Positions 26,640 to 39,842 are shown, numbered from the whole stretch's first letter. The stretch is 62,030 nt of DNA, filler included, from Sluysia triapertura (GCA_046118255.1; 5 parts of 5 records of this genome joined end to end with filler, not necessarily neighbours in it); one strand, 5' to 3'. Numbers and translations: made by a program. Notes: a model not told the origin generated them from the letters alone.

Positions 26640-27606
26640 ATATTATATTTAGATGATGATGCATTTACGTATTTACAATATAAAGCTGTTGCAGAAGCAT
26701 TTGTCATGGGGGTCACAATGGCAAATTGATGCATATTTGTTTGGATATTATGAGTCAAAATGAGCACGTTGCGGTCGAAGTGACAGCGAATTTTGATAGT
26801 GAATTGAAATTGGCGATCTCAGATATAGGCTTTAAAGATAACATAAAAGAAACGAATGCAGTAATAAATAGTAAAACATTAGTGCATAGTCGTGATGAAA
26901 TAATTCACAATTTCCGATCATCAATTTTTCGTCGCTGTTTTGAGTATATTTGTGTTGTCAATCTATGCGGATCATCAGTTTCAGTGCATAGTGGGTCATC
27001 CTATTTTGGTGCATATTTAGTAATCAATGAATGTTCTATCAATCGTAAACAGATGAGAATATCAAATAAGCAATTGATTCAAGCTTGCGAATTATATGAT
27101 ACAATTCCAGATTTATTGATGAAACCCATATTTCGACACGAAATTGTATGGGCACATATTGAAAATTTAGAGGCTCAAACTGTTAATCTGACAAAAACAT
27201 ACAAACAATAGACTTCGCCGTCGAGCCTGATGTCTGTACAACCAGAATTCAAATGATTCAATCAGATTTGCAGGCGGCAAAGTTTTCCAGTAAACGTCAA
27301 TCTTATGATCAAGACTTTTGACACATCAAATTCGGTTTGTGTCGATACGGTAGGACCCAAGGTGAGAAGTGTTCAAGATTTGGCAGTGCCTGTTTATATT
27401 CGCATGATGCGTCTGAAATCGTGGATATTTTTGCTTGGATGTCAGACTTGACAAACCACCAGTATAGGATCCAAGAATTGATTTTATCATTAATAGCAGC
27501 ACCTGTCCACAATGAGAATGAACATAATTCAATAGTAATTATGATTTTCAATTCTGACTATATTTATATTATTATAATCATATATACTTATCCGTTAATT
27601 TTTTAG
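26640..27606 (+). pseudogene. Degenerate unknown gene with a C-terminal CCCH-type zinc-finger-like motif
   Basis: Coding-like composition, a 161-aa ORF at 26726-27211, and a frameshifted continuation CRYGRTQGEKCSRFGSACLYSH (C-x9-C-x6-C-x3-H). Confidence 0.4.
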
Positions 27607-30054
27607 AAACTTACATGAACCATTGTCGATACATGCCCAAGAAATGACTAATTTAAAACACAGTTCAAAATTAAATGTCAGATGATTTTTAAATATAAAT
27701 AAAATACATGTTAATTGTTTTTGTTGTTTGGTTAATTTTATGATAGATTTCCGATTATTAAACATATTAAGGATCTCATGAACCTTAAGCCTTATTTAAA
27801 ATTAAAAATCATAAATGTTAAACTTTATTTAAAATCAAAAGTTGTATATAGTAAATGTCAGACCATATCACAACAAAAACATCTTTCTAAACCCCTCTTA
27901 AGCTTTCTTAAGGGTCTTAATAACATGTCTTTAGAACTCCAAGCTATTCGTCGGCTTCAAATATTTTCTTATTCATCATTCGTACTCTGTCTATATTTAA
28001 GTATGCTTGTGCTATTATGTTTCAGATATTTTATATCACTTTTTCCTACATATATTAAATTCTCCAACCGTTTAACCTATTTTCTATTCACAATCCCAAC
28101 AATTCTACTAATAATATATTATTCGTAATTATTTTGCTTGCTATGTTTGGCATAAATAGGAGAAATGGCATTAAGGCATTTCACTGCAGTAGATCTAAAA
28201 TAGGAAAGTTTCATTACTCTACAAAGAAGATTGTCCTGAGTCAAAGCCTAATAGAGTAATCATAAAGGTTAGTAAGATAATGAATGTTTCAACATTTGTA
28301 AGGGAATGTTCAGTAAAACAATCAGTTATAATATGGTATTGAGGACATCATTGTAACTCATAAATCATTGATATTTCAGATGTTATGAAATACTAAGATA
28401 CTACCTAGTAATTGTAATGATGCCTTCGAAATTGGCTAAGTGAGATAAGTTGAAAGTAAAGAATAATAAATAATATACAATCTAAACACTACAGACAACG
28501 TCTTATTAAATGAAACATGCAAAAGAGGTTCTATAGAATATGAAGATAAGTTAATAATGTGTTGTACAAGAAACATACCTTGTAAGTCTAAAATCTTTTA
28601 ATGAAAGTTTCGATATTAAGAAAGGTACTATGATGTCTCATTCATTTGTAAAATAGATCTGATAATTGTGACACAGGAGATTCTATACTACTGCACGAAT
28701 TAAATAAGTTTCAATACCAGTTAATATTTCTAAAAAATTTAAATTTAATCTTGTACCAGGATTTACATTTCACAATAATCACGACTTGCCGATTGAAGAA
28801 TTAAATAAGAAAGAAATAGATGAGGGAACTTTGGAAAGAAAAAGACTGAATTAAGTAGAAACTTATGACAAATAAGAAAGAACACGGCTTAATATTTATT
28901 TCCAAAAGCTCAATTATTAGGTGCAGCAAGGAAGGGACGGAGACAAAATACTAAAGTATTTACTTGTCAGGACATGTAATTCCACAAGCTAATATTTTAA
29001 ACACTAAGAATTTAAAATCAAATACATACTTTAACAATAATATTGATCTTTATTATCAATTTTAATGGGTTAAGTGTTATATAGGTATAAATGTAAAAAA
29101 GTACAAATGCGACAAGAATCAAAGTGCACTAATAAATGACTTGTAACTTATGGAAAGTTACAAACATATTTAGAACCGGTTACACGAGTCTTACAACCAA
29201 AAAATAAAATTAAGCCAAAAACTGTGCTCTGCTCAAATATCGTGGAACCTGAATATAGATAGAAGACAGTTTATGCATATCTTTAGCACAGAGAAGCCAA
29301 GTTAAGACAAAAGAATTTATAGGTTTAAATGAATTAAGAGGTAAATTTAAATTTTTAAATAAATTAAAATTAAAATTCTGCTATTTACACTAATGATGAC
29401 ATACAAGCCTCTTCGTAATTAAGAGATCTAAAGATTTAACAACAATTGTTGGTAAAGTGATCTTCGGGATAATTTCAAGAAAGCTGCCCAAAACACATTA
29501 AAACAAATTTGGGATAGTTTATTAGGAAACTATATCATTATTAAAGTAATAACCTTGATTTTTTTCAGTATTTTCTGTAGTAATACATTTCAGGATTAAC
29601 ATGTACATTAATAATCGGGTGTTTCCTTTTCTTACCTAAATACCTACTTCATCATCAAGCAAATTCTCAAATAAATGCGTTTCAAATGGAAGGTACACAT
29701 ACTAAAACAAATGAAAATACACTTATACAAACTATATAAAATGCAAGTATGAACCAAAAGGAAGAAGCTAAGGACGAAGATAATATAAGGATCCAGTATC
29801 AAGATCTGAAATTACAAATAATATTAATGGAAATAATAACTTACTGTTTTTATTTTAATAAATATGTAAATATAAAATAATTAAAACTTACTCTTAAATT
29901 CAATTAAAAAGTATTTACCTACATTATAAAATAAATTAGAATGTACTAACTTCTGAGTCCTGATTGGTATATAAAGTGTACTCATACAAAAATCTAGTTG
30001 AGATATAATACTTTTGCTTGTGGTGAAAATTTTGTGCAAATAATTTTGATAATT

Positions 30055-30240
30055 TTGTGTTCGAAATACAGTGATACATTGTTCAAGATATTTTGGTGAT
30101 TTGGTGATTCGAGGTATATTGTTCGTTATACATTGATACATTGTTCGAGTCATACTGGTTTAGTGATAATTTAGTTCGAGATATATTATTCAAAAAATAT
30201 ATTGAAACATTGTTCGAGATACATTGGTAAATTGGTAAAT
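30055..30240. repeat. Degenerate tandem array of ATACATTGTTCGAG-like units
   Basis: Repeated variants: gatacattgttcaag, tatattgttcg, gatacattgttcgag, aacattgttcgagatacattg. Confidence 0.6.
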
Positions 30241-30479
30241 TATTTAAGACACTGTACCTGTAGTCAATTTTCAAGAGACTTAATTCCTGGGATATTGATT
30301 CAGTTTTTAGATTAAAAAGAAAAAATTTTGTAAATTGATTTAATAAGATTTAATCTTAAAACATAATTTAAATACTTAAAATATTTTGTTAGGGATAATT
30401 TTGATTATTAAGTTCAAATTAATAGTATTAGAAAAGGTTTACGGTTTATTTCTAATAATAATTATGTACATATAACTAT

Positions 30480-32625
30480 TTTATATTTTAGACCATTTTT
30501 ATAATTCAGCAATCGTGTCGTACTATTTTTATTATTCATTATGTTAGACTTCATAAAAGGATCTCTCGCTACGCAGTTCGATGATTAAAACATGTATTAA
30601 TATAATAGTTTTAGTCTCTTCTTTCTCTTTTTTAGAGAAGGTAGGTAATCTTCTTTCTTCTATTCAGGGACCTTGTAGGACATGGACGCGGTATGCATTA
30701 TTCGAGCACTCCACAGCTACTCGTACACACTTTCGTACTAGGGTCTTGATTTCGGTCTTGTGGAAGCCAAGTGCCTTGAGAAGCTTGTCATTCTCGGGAT
30801 CCCATGACCCCAAGGCTCCTACGACGAATGTATCCTAAGACACCTTGCACTTAAGTTGTTCCTGCAGTTTTCACTATTGGTGATTCTGGCTATTTTGAGA
30901 ACATTTACTATGAGGAAGTATCGCAGACCTCTATGTCAGGTCGTCGAGTGTCATCGATAATTGGTGTAGGTCTACCCTTCGGGTCATTTTTTTCACTGGG
31001 TAGTTAAGAATTTTGTTGTACCGGACTGTTCTGGCTGTGCTTGTGTGAGGACATAGACAGAGCACGTGTAGAAGGGATTCAGATTCGAATCCACATCATC
31101 GACATGATACTGGTAGATGGAGACGTGTGTTCCAGGCCTTGATCATAAACATCCATATATTATTTTCCAGTTCAAGTGACAGGGATTTGTTGGAGAGTGG
31201 GTACTGCATGAGAGAGTCGACGTAGATACCCTGGCACTTGAGAGACTTCCAAATATTGGTATTGCAAGTGCTGATCAGCTCGTGTAAGTATTTTCCAACT
31301 TTCTTTTTGCAACCTAGCGCGCTTCCATTGGGCCATGAGAGAGCTTGGGTCAGATCCACACTTTCCATTCATCCGGCTGTTGGCTATCCGCATAACGTCC
31401 CGATGTGCCATTTGCGTGTTATCGGTGTATGACATATCACGTTTTGACACATGTAGTCGTCATAATCTGAAGTAAGGCTGAGTCCTCCATGGTTCCTGTG
31501 TGCTAGAAAGAAACTCCTGTTCAGTGGGTACCTTTTGAGACCGAGGCACATTTTCAACAGTTCTTGTATCTTTTCATCGTACCTTACTTATTTGGATATG
31601 CTTTTATGATGGGGATTGCTGAAGGATTGTACACTGATGTTCACGTTTCTTAGGTGGAACGGAAGTCTGGACTGCACAATGTTCCGGAACTTATTCGAGA
31701 TTGGTTCGGTTTTGATGTTCTTGTTTAGTAAATCATTAATACTTTGCCGTTCATAGTCACCAAATATAGTAGCCAAGATATAGAGTTTGGTTTTCGCTGG
31801 TGACACAGGGGAATCGGAGTATTTTCGATTAGTATAGAATATCTCGAGTCGGGGATGTTGTATTAGAAGCATTTCGTAGGCAGGAATATGAGGTTGGCTG
31901 ATTTCGCATTTTGGACAACTCCGTTGACAATTTCTTGTAGTCTGTCGAATGTAGTGCCGATGAGGACTATGTCGTCAACATAAGCCAGTTATGGAAGAAA
32001 TTTCAGATCATCACTTATTTTGATACAGTCATCATCCGTGAACTGGCAGAACAGATATTCTATTGCCAGACTGAATAGTGTCATGGACAATGGACATCCT
32101 TGCTTCACTCCATAGATGATCGGTACGGGTTTGGTTATAATGCCGTTGCATTTGTAGGCGGTACTGTTGTCTTCGTATAGGTCCTTCAGGATGTTCAGGG
32201 TTTGCTGTTGGAGTCTCATACCTGAGAGAGTATGCCATATCAGATTGTGCGGTACCGAGCCAAATGCATTCGACAATGTGTAATTTGATTTTGCGCTTTT
32301 TCCTGTGATTAATCGACTACACTATTTCTCTAAGTGAGTAGAGTAGGAAGTTGCGCTCGGTGCATCCATCTGATTGGCGTGTACTGATGAGATTACCACT
32401 TTGACCCATACCAGTAAGCGGTCATTCAAGATATTGACAAAGACTATAGCTGCAGTCCAATCTAGCTATAGGTCTCCATGAAGTGACGCCTTGCGCCAAA
32501 TCATATTTATTGGGGTTGAATATCGGTAGAGTGTTGTAGTTCTTCCAAGCAGTAGGGAATTTTTGGTTGACCAGGATTCTGTTAAAAAGTAGGGCTAGCA
32601 GTTGACCAGTGGGATCGGCATACTC
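30480..32625 (-). mobile_element. 5'-truncated RLE-type non-LTR retrotransposon C (Utopia/NeSL-like), distinct family from A/B
   Basis: FPTAWK, SWRPIA, SNAFGSVPHNLI, GVKQGCPLSMTLF, LAYVDDIVLIG (31956-31988), CR*CGFESESLLHVLCLC, RRPDIEV, and the C-terminal FVVGALGSWDPENDKLL characteristic of NeSL/Utopia-type RLE elements. Stops and frameshifts are present. Confidence 0.88.
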
Positions 32626-33559
32626 TAGGCCTATCCCCCAATAATCTTAACGTAAAAGAACTCATAATTAAGAATCATTAAGTTTCTGAAACAATTTTTG
32701 CCAAACTTTATAAAGGACCCTCATTTCTGTAACATTATTTGCAACTAAGAGTGTTAAGGAAAACTTTAATCCTATAATTTGTCTTCTGTACGATATAAAT
32801 CAGAAATTACAGGCGGACCCGACACATATGCATTTGTTTCATAATAGTTGATAGTTCAAGAAAAAACACAACAAATGAATTAAAATAGGTTTAATAGAAA
32901 TGAGAAATTTTTGAAGTAATAAAATGATTTTAAGTTTAGTTTACTTTATTATTAAAATATTGTTATAAATAATAAAATAAAGACGTAACATTTCAACTTA
33001 AGTTAATCGATTAAAATACTCAAAGACTTGCCAAATCTTCATTCCTAAGGCATGTGTCAAATAAAAACATGTTTGAAATACTTTGTAATGACTCATCGAA
33101 TTATGAATATCACAAACATTTGAATAGTCATCAACTTATTTGAATAGATGATTCATTAATAACTTATTAACATCATTTATCTATGTACAAACATTTAAAT
33201 GTTAGTTTTATTTGTTATAATGCACATATATTTATTTTATTTGGATATTTGGAAATAATTTAATTTGGTAAGAATTTTTATTTATTTTTAATTAATTTTA
33301 TGTTACCATTTAATTTTAAAGAAACTAACGTCACTAAATTTTAAAAAAATTATTGATGTTTTTGTTTAAATGTTTTAATTTAATATTTTTGTTTTAGTCT
33401 GACTAAGGTCTACATTTCCAATGCTAGACACACAACAAAATTTTTTAAAATTTTAAACAAGACCTTTTGGACAAGACAAAGATTTTTGTACAAAATTGAA
33501 ACAGACCTTTTTGGATCAAGTCAGAATATAAAAACAATTCTACGACGCTGGTTTGACAA

Positions 33560-34094
33560 TTTGTAAGATTTGATAAATTTTATATCCTAAAAAAAATATA
33601 TTCATAATTTGGATCTTATAAAGATCCGTGGAAAAATCTTTTATAAATTTCAATTAAGCATGACTAATAATAGTTAGTTAAAGTAATTTCTTATCATTAT
33701 TATCAACATTATTTGTATAATTTTTATAATTTTGTACTAAATAATAAAAGAATTTTCCGTGTTACAATCTTTTAAATTACATAGTTATAAAATCTCACTA
33801 TCTGTAGCTTTCAAGAATCTAGAATTTAATTCTAGAAATTAAATTTCCATTTATTGATTCCATATAAGGGAATCATACGAAAAATACATAATTAAACTTA
33901 AATTATTTAATAACTCAAATTAAAATCCTTAGAAAAAAGTATCTACCCTCAGACAAAGAGGCATTACAGAAAACATTTATTCTTTTGCATTTATCTTATA
34001 AAAATCCAACGGCTGGCCCTAGCAGGTAAGCCCAGTATGTTGGTGGACTCACATACTTAACTTCTTTTATTCTACTTGCTTCATTTTTCTCACA
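33560..34094 (+). mobile_element. Degenerate solo LTR, family L1
   Basis: Core CCAACGGCTGGCCCTAGCAGGTAAGCCCAGTATGTTGGTGGACTCACA (34006-34053), ending TTCTCACA. The 5' end is uncertain. Confidence 0.6.
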
Positions 34095-34129
34095 ATTTAA
34101 TACTATCCATTGAAACTAAAGTTGTCAAA

Positions 34130-34393
34130 TAACTAATAGATATTGACGGATATAACTTTCAATTTTCGTAAGCGCCTCGCCACCTAACTGCAATACTTGA
34201 AATATCACGGTGAAACAATTTATTACTTTCTATGAGCCACAATACTGACCAACTCTACTTTATTGCAAATAGAGTTCACTTCATATATATGCAGATCAAA
34301 CAAATTAATGACTGTTTGAATTGTTTCGTTTCAAAGTTCAATAAAACATGACATAAACAAAAAAATCGTTACGTACTTTTTAAGTAACCTAAT
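34130..34393 (-). mobile_element. mariner-like terminal remnant
   Basis: The minus strand begins ATTAGGTTACTTAAAAAGTACGTAACG, resembling mariner TTAGGTTGGTGCAAAAGT-type TIRs. No intact ORF. Confidence 0.4.
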
Positions 34394-35159
34394 CGATGTA
34401 TTGTATAATATTATCTAGTCAAATCAAATGTTGTATTTCAAATTCTATTTCAAAACACCTCATAATTATAAACCAATTTTAGATAATCCACAATTTCCAT
34501 CTTCACGTAGATCGAAGTCTCTCTTCAATTCAATAAACATTTAAAAAGAAATAGAATAATTCTAAAAAACACTGATCTTGTTGGCCAATAAATTAAAAAA
34601 TACATACCAACAATAATAATATATTAATCAAAATAATAAATTTAATAATAATGATAATTCCCAGGAAGCAATAACTCAAATTTATTAAAATATGAAAAAT
34701 AAAAATAATATAAATGCTTTAAGATCTTAAAGGAATTTTTGTGACTTAAGTGGAAGAAAGGTAATTAAATATAGTAGTTTGAAAATATTTACTATATAAT
34801 ATAAAAAAGTTTATAAAACCGAGATTATCAGAAGCTCAGTTAACTTGTTTAATGAAGACTGCTTTGCAAAATAAATTAGTTTTTATTTATTGTATTTATT
34901 TATATTTTGTTTTTATAATTAAATTATAGCGTATTAATTTAAAGAATTATTTATGAATATTAATTAATATTATATTGATAATTTTAAATTTAACGAAATA
35001 TTTAACAATTTTAACTAAAATTGTTTTTTAATTTTATAATTTTAATTTTATAATTTTAATTTTAAGAAAAATGGAAATGCTGATATTCCAAATTTGTATG
35101 TAAAAATAACAATAATTATAAATGAAGTATTTAGTTTAATATTTTTATTTCAAATTTAG

Positions 35160-36288
35160 TCGTAATAAATCACTTCGTGATCCACAAAAGCGTATTAAGG
35201 CCTTAATGTCAGAAGCTGAAAAATTGAATGTGGAAGTCGGAATTCCGATTAAATTATATCTTAGATCAGCAAAAAATCTTATTAATAGTATGTATAATTA
35301 TTTAGATGATAAGGATGTGGAAAGCGCTTATATATTAGCGTCAAAATTTGTTATTTTGTTTGTAGAATTATTACCGAAGCATCCAGATTATAAAACAATG
35401 TCACTAGAAATAAAACAAGGGTGGTTGAAAGAAGTTGAAAAAACATTAAAAGGTGCTGAAAAGATGAAATCTATGATTCTTGAAGAATATATAAAGCAGG
35501 AAGCAGATATTAAAATTGAAGAACAAATGCAAGAAGAATTACGTAAGAAACGCGAACATGAAATGAAACTTCTAGCTGAAAAAAAATGGATGGAAGAACA
35601 AGAAAATAAAATGAATAAAGAAGAGGTAGAAACTATTGATAATTTGCAGAAGTTTGTTTCATCGAAAGTTAATTCTACAACAAACAATTTTCATTCCAAT
35701 GTAAGTCCAACTCAGGAATTATTTAACGTAGGAATCGATTCGAGAAATAAATACGGTTGGAGAACCATGATTATTCCATCATCAATATTTAAAGAGTTCC
35801 TGTGTTTATCGCAATGTAATACTGTGCGTAATGTGGAAACTTGTGGTATTTTGTGTGGAAATATTTCGAGTGGTGAATTAATTATGACAACTGTTGTATT
35901 ACCTAAACAAAAAGGTAATAGTGATTCTTGTTTTACGGAATCAGAAGAAGAGTTATATGATTATGTAGATCAAAATTCGTTAATTACTTTTGGTTGGATT
36001 CACACACATCCAACTCAAACCGCTTTTTTATCATCTGTAGATTTGCATACACAACTAGCATATCAAATTATGCTTCCAGAAGCTATTGCGATCGTTTGTT
36101 CACCAAAATTTAACGACAACTCTATGTTTTCTTTGACTCAATATGGTTTGAATTTATTAAAAGCCTGTAGAGAGTCAGGGTTTCATCCTCATCCAAAAGA
36201 TCAGAAATTGTTTGAGGATAGTTGTCATGTTAAGTTATCTGACAACAAACCTATTTATTTTTGTGATTTACGTGATAAGAATAATTAA
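35160..36288 (+). CDS. STAMBP: STAM-binding protein / AMSH-like JAMM deubiquitinase, main exon
   Basis: Uninterrupted ORF with an N-terminal MIT/USP8-dimer-like region (YLRSA...LFVELLPKHPDY), a coiled coil, ETCGILCG, and the JAMM motif GWIHTHPTQTAFLSSVDLHT followed by GFHPH. The frame stays open back to an AG acceptor at 35158-35159. Phase-compatible candidate upstream exons lie at 34852-34878 and 35067-35095. Confidence 0.93.
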
Positions 36289-36697
36289 AAAAGATTATAT
36301 ATTTTACTTAAAATTAGTTGTTAAGTTTCAAGAATATTTGGATCATATTTTCTGTTTTAAAACAGGTAAATTTAATCATAATTGAGTTGTCGATTTAAAT
36401 ATATGTTCTTGAACTCTTTAAAATTAATTGTAATCTATAATTTAAATGAGCGAAATAATTAAAACCCTGTAGACTTTTCGAAATTGTTTTGATGTTCTTT
36501 TAAAAATTTTTGATATTTATGATACTGAATTAAACCAAAATTACGTAATTGAAATTAAGTTAAAGGATTTTCGATCATGGCTTTCATTTCAAATAAAAGA
36601 ATCGACTAATTCATTAATTATTAAAACAACCGTTTCTCTTAGTATTTATAATGTAGCACTTTTGAAGCATGCATTTTACAAATGCGTTATCTTAGAT

Positions 36698-36747
36698 CAG
36701 TGGTGTCAAAGTGGCGGCCCGTAAAGCAAAAAGGTTTGACACCACCG
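36698..36747. mobile_element. 50-bp hAT (Charlie-type) MITE
   Basis: TIRs CAGTGGTGTCAAA / TTTGACACCACCG and a perfect 8-bp TSD TCTTAGAT (36690-36697 and 36748-36755). Confidence 0.88.
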
Positions 36748-38519
36748 TCTTAGATGATCTGCCACAAACATTTTTGCACAATGACTTCAAGTTTACTGCA
36801 GTAATGTCCATTACTCTTAACAGTCAGGAAAGTAACATTTCTAACGATTTAGTTAGAATGCATAATTTGAAACGAGCTTCATTTATGGCAACTAAAATTG
36901 TTAATAGTGATGTGTCTTTAGTTTTACCAAGTAGAGTTTCAGTAAATGATATCACAAAATTGACTAAATTATCTTAAATCTTATAATTTTTACTCTAATA
37001 TATTCAATCAAAATATTATATGTATTATAATAAGAATAATAATTTAATAATCACAAAATCAAAAAATTTTTTATTAATTTAGACTTTAACAATAATATCA
37101 CTAAGTTAACTACGAATAACTAAATAAAGAAAAATCACAGTAAATCATGGGGTGGCGCAACTATCAATTGCTAAAACTATTATGAATATATTTATTTATC
37201 TTATGTGAGTATTATAAGTTAAAATAATAAAGGGGAATCCCTAAAATTAAAATCTGAAACAAAACCGGGTATTCCCTAAATCACTTATAAGTATTAAAGT
37301 CTGGAATTCTTAAAAATATTGTTGGTGTTTATCTATGTAATTACATGAACAGTTATAATGTATTTGCGATTTATGTTTTAAAGACGCGATTACATGATTT
37401 AGAAGAATGTGTCTACGTAAAGTTTTCTTAAATCTTCTTGCAATTAGTCAGAAATACACTTTTTATAACCAGGGTCTTTAACTTCTTAATTAACAAATTA
37501 TCTAATAATGAATAATTCTCTTCTTTACTAATTTCCTCAACTTAATCTCAATTATTTACTTATCCCACAATTAATTTACTATTAGCTTACTATTAAATTA
37601 GTTAATTTACTTTTAGCTGATTCGACTACTAATTCTTAATTTACTTTTTTACCTTATTATTCGCTTTCAAATCTTATATTCAATTTACTATTCGAAATAA
37701 TAGAACAAATAATCAATGGAGTTTTATTATAAAACAAGGAATAATAAACAAATGTTGATAAATTCAGAGATTATCAAATTTAAAAATCAAGATAATAGTA
37801 AAATATATAGGTGTTAAAGATGTAGGAATGAATTCCTAAATTTAATTGCTATTTTAATTATCAAATTAAACCAGGTGAATACTTGGATTTTGAAAATATT
37901 ATTAGATTTTACGTAAGATAGTTAAGTTTAACAAAGCTATCTTACAATTATTAACTTACGTGATCAAAAAATCTAAGATCCGAGAACAATGATTGTTAGA
38001 CAGAATATATTCGCGAAATTCCCAAAACTTCTATCAAATTGACGGGATACACCGAGATAAATTCGAGCTGTGTAGTAAAAATATAATTTCACCAAATTTT
38101 CCAAAAAAACCTTGTAATTCACAATCACGGAATTAACTTACAAATATTTATATCTTACGTTAATGTGCTAATATTGTGTGTTCATAAAAACTTTCTTGCT
38201 TTATATACGTATAAAATGATTATAAAACTAGTATAAAAATATTTTATTTCATTTTTTATTACTTTTATTAAGATCAAATGAACATTTTAAAGCTATAATT
38301 TTCTCGAATCATAATTTAAAAGATAATATTGTTTTTATGTTTATAAACCGCATTATAAAAATATCAAAAAGATAAATTAAAAATAAAAACATTTTACAGG
38401 TTAGAAAGTAGTAAAAAAGTATAAAAATAATTTTAGAAAAATTGTTTACAATTAGCAATATTAATTTTTTACAAAATTTTTTAATAAAATAAAAATGTAT
38501 CCAAACCTTTGTATAGACT

Positions 38520-39060
38520 TAAGGCTTGGAAAGATGTTTTGAAGTATGATGATACTTTGAATTTCTGAACCTTGGGATCATTTTAGACCTTGTTGATCTT
38601 TCGGAACCTTTGAAGACATTCAAGATCTTAATAAACTTTTGAGATCTTCGAATGTTTGGAACCTTTGAAATGTTCAAAGATTAAAATTATGGTTAATGAT
38701 GTGGAAGATAAATTTAATGCATTGATAATTGAAATAAAAAAGTGGAAAAGGGAATCAGAGTAGTGAAGGTGAAAGCATCTAGAGCCTCCTGAGTACCTTA
38801 TAAAGTATTTAACAACTTTATAACCATGGCAAGACCTTTAAACTTAAAATAAAATATGTTAAAATAAATAATTAATTAATTAAAATCTTAATTAAATTAA
38901 TTAAGGAAAATTACGTTTGAGTGAATAACTTTTGAATGAGGAATGCTATGATAAAATTGTAATTGTGCATGTACGTGTTTTAAAGAGACGTTTCGATGAA
39001 AATAAGGCTTGACCGTGTTCATGAGAGGAAAGCCTCTATATTAATTAATTTTTAATTTAA
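38520..39060. repeat. Dispersed repeat family R1, copy 2
   Basis: The GAAAAGGGAATCAGAGTAGTGAAGGTGAAAGCATCTAGAGCCTCCTGAGTACCTTATAAA block is shared with about 57570-57630 and 48430-48490. The downstream part matches 2150-2290. Confidence 0.75.
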
Positions 39061-39218
39061 ATGATTGTAGGGAATTCATCACATAAAATCCATCACATTG
39101 CATCACATAAAAACACTCCACATGTACACAAACTATTAAACAAACTACTAAACTCATTTAAAAACAAACATGACCATCACATCTAATTATCATGAACTAT
39201 CGCTATTATTATTACGAT

Positions 39219-39318
39219 NNNNNNNNNNNNNNNNNNNNNNNNNNNNNNNNNNNNNNNNNNNNTTAATTAATTAANNNNNNNNNNNNNNNNNNNNNNNNNN
39301 NNNNNNNNNNNNNNNNNN
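39219..39318. other. Artificial contig linker
   Basis: N44-TTAATTAATTAA-N44. Confidence 0.95.
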
Positions 39319-39324
39319 AGGTTG

Positions 39325-39500
39325 TATACTGTTTATGTCTCAAAAATATACAACCAGTTACCAGATAATGTCAAATTGCTGGAAGATTATGAAATTTAAG
39401 AAAAAGGCAAAGTTCTTTCTGTTTCAGAAATATTATGGTGAATGATTTACCTTAAGCGTGTTTGAGTACTTTCGCAGTAGATATGAGCGCAATATAAATT
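39325..39500. repeat. Dispersed repeat R2 (DNA-transposon-like), second copy at about 50196-50370
   Basis: Both copies share CAAAAAATATACAA, TTTAAGAAAA(A)GGCAAA, CAGAAATATTAT, TGAATGATTTA and AGCGCAATATAA. Confidence 0.7.
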
Positions 39501-39656
39501 ATTATATTATTATATTATTACAAAACTAATTTCATCTCTAAATAATAATTACATCAATTTCTTTACTACTATCAAAAAATTACTTTAAAATTAAATAAAA
39601 TATTTTATTAAACATAATCAAGATATTTATATAACTATTACGATTTTATAAATCAA

Positions 39657-39842
39657 ACCTGCATATGTTGATTTTCCAACTAAAGGATGCGAAATAATTC
39701 TACCATTATTTTCATGAAGTATAAATGGACCTTGGCAAGTAACTGGTTTAGAAATGCAGTATTCAACAGATGAATTATTAGAATTAGAATCATTTAATGT
39801 AACCACAATATTCAACAATATGAAATAAATGATTAATTTCAT
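39657..39842 (-). CDS. Probable first coding exon of a secreted CUB-domain protein
   Basis: Signal-peptide-like MKLIIYFILLNIVVT, then CQGPFILHENNGRIISHPLVGKSTYAG, which resembles a CUB start (CGG.l....G.I.SP.YP..Y). A CAG/GTTTG donor-like site follows, and the rest would lie beyond the contig end. Confidence 0.55.

Noticed and set aside
30055-30240. Repeat-spacer-like appearance suggesting a CRISPR array
   Set aside because: The units are about 14 nt, degenerate and irregularly spaced. The context is eukaryotic and no cas genes are present.
32381-32400. CTGATGA hammerhead-like cores (also at 42602)
   Set aside because: No suitably placed GAAA or supporting stems. The first lies inside RT coding sequence and the second is part of a simple hairpin arm.
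35388-35687. 99-aa minus-strand ORF
   Set aside because: It is an antisense shadow of the Glu/Lys-rich coiled-coil part of STAMBP.
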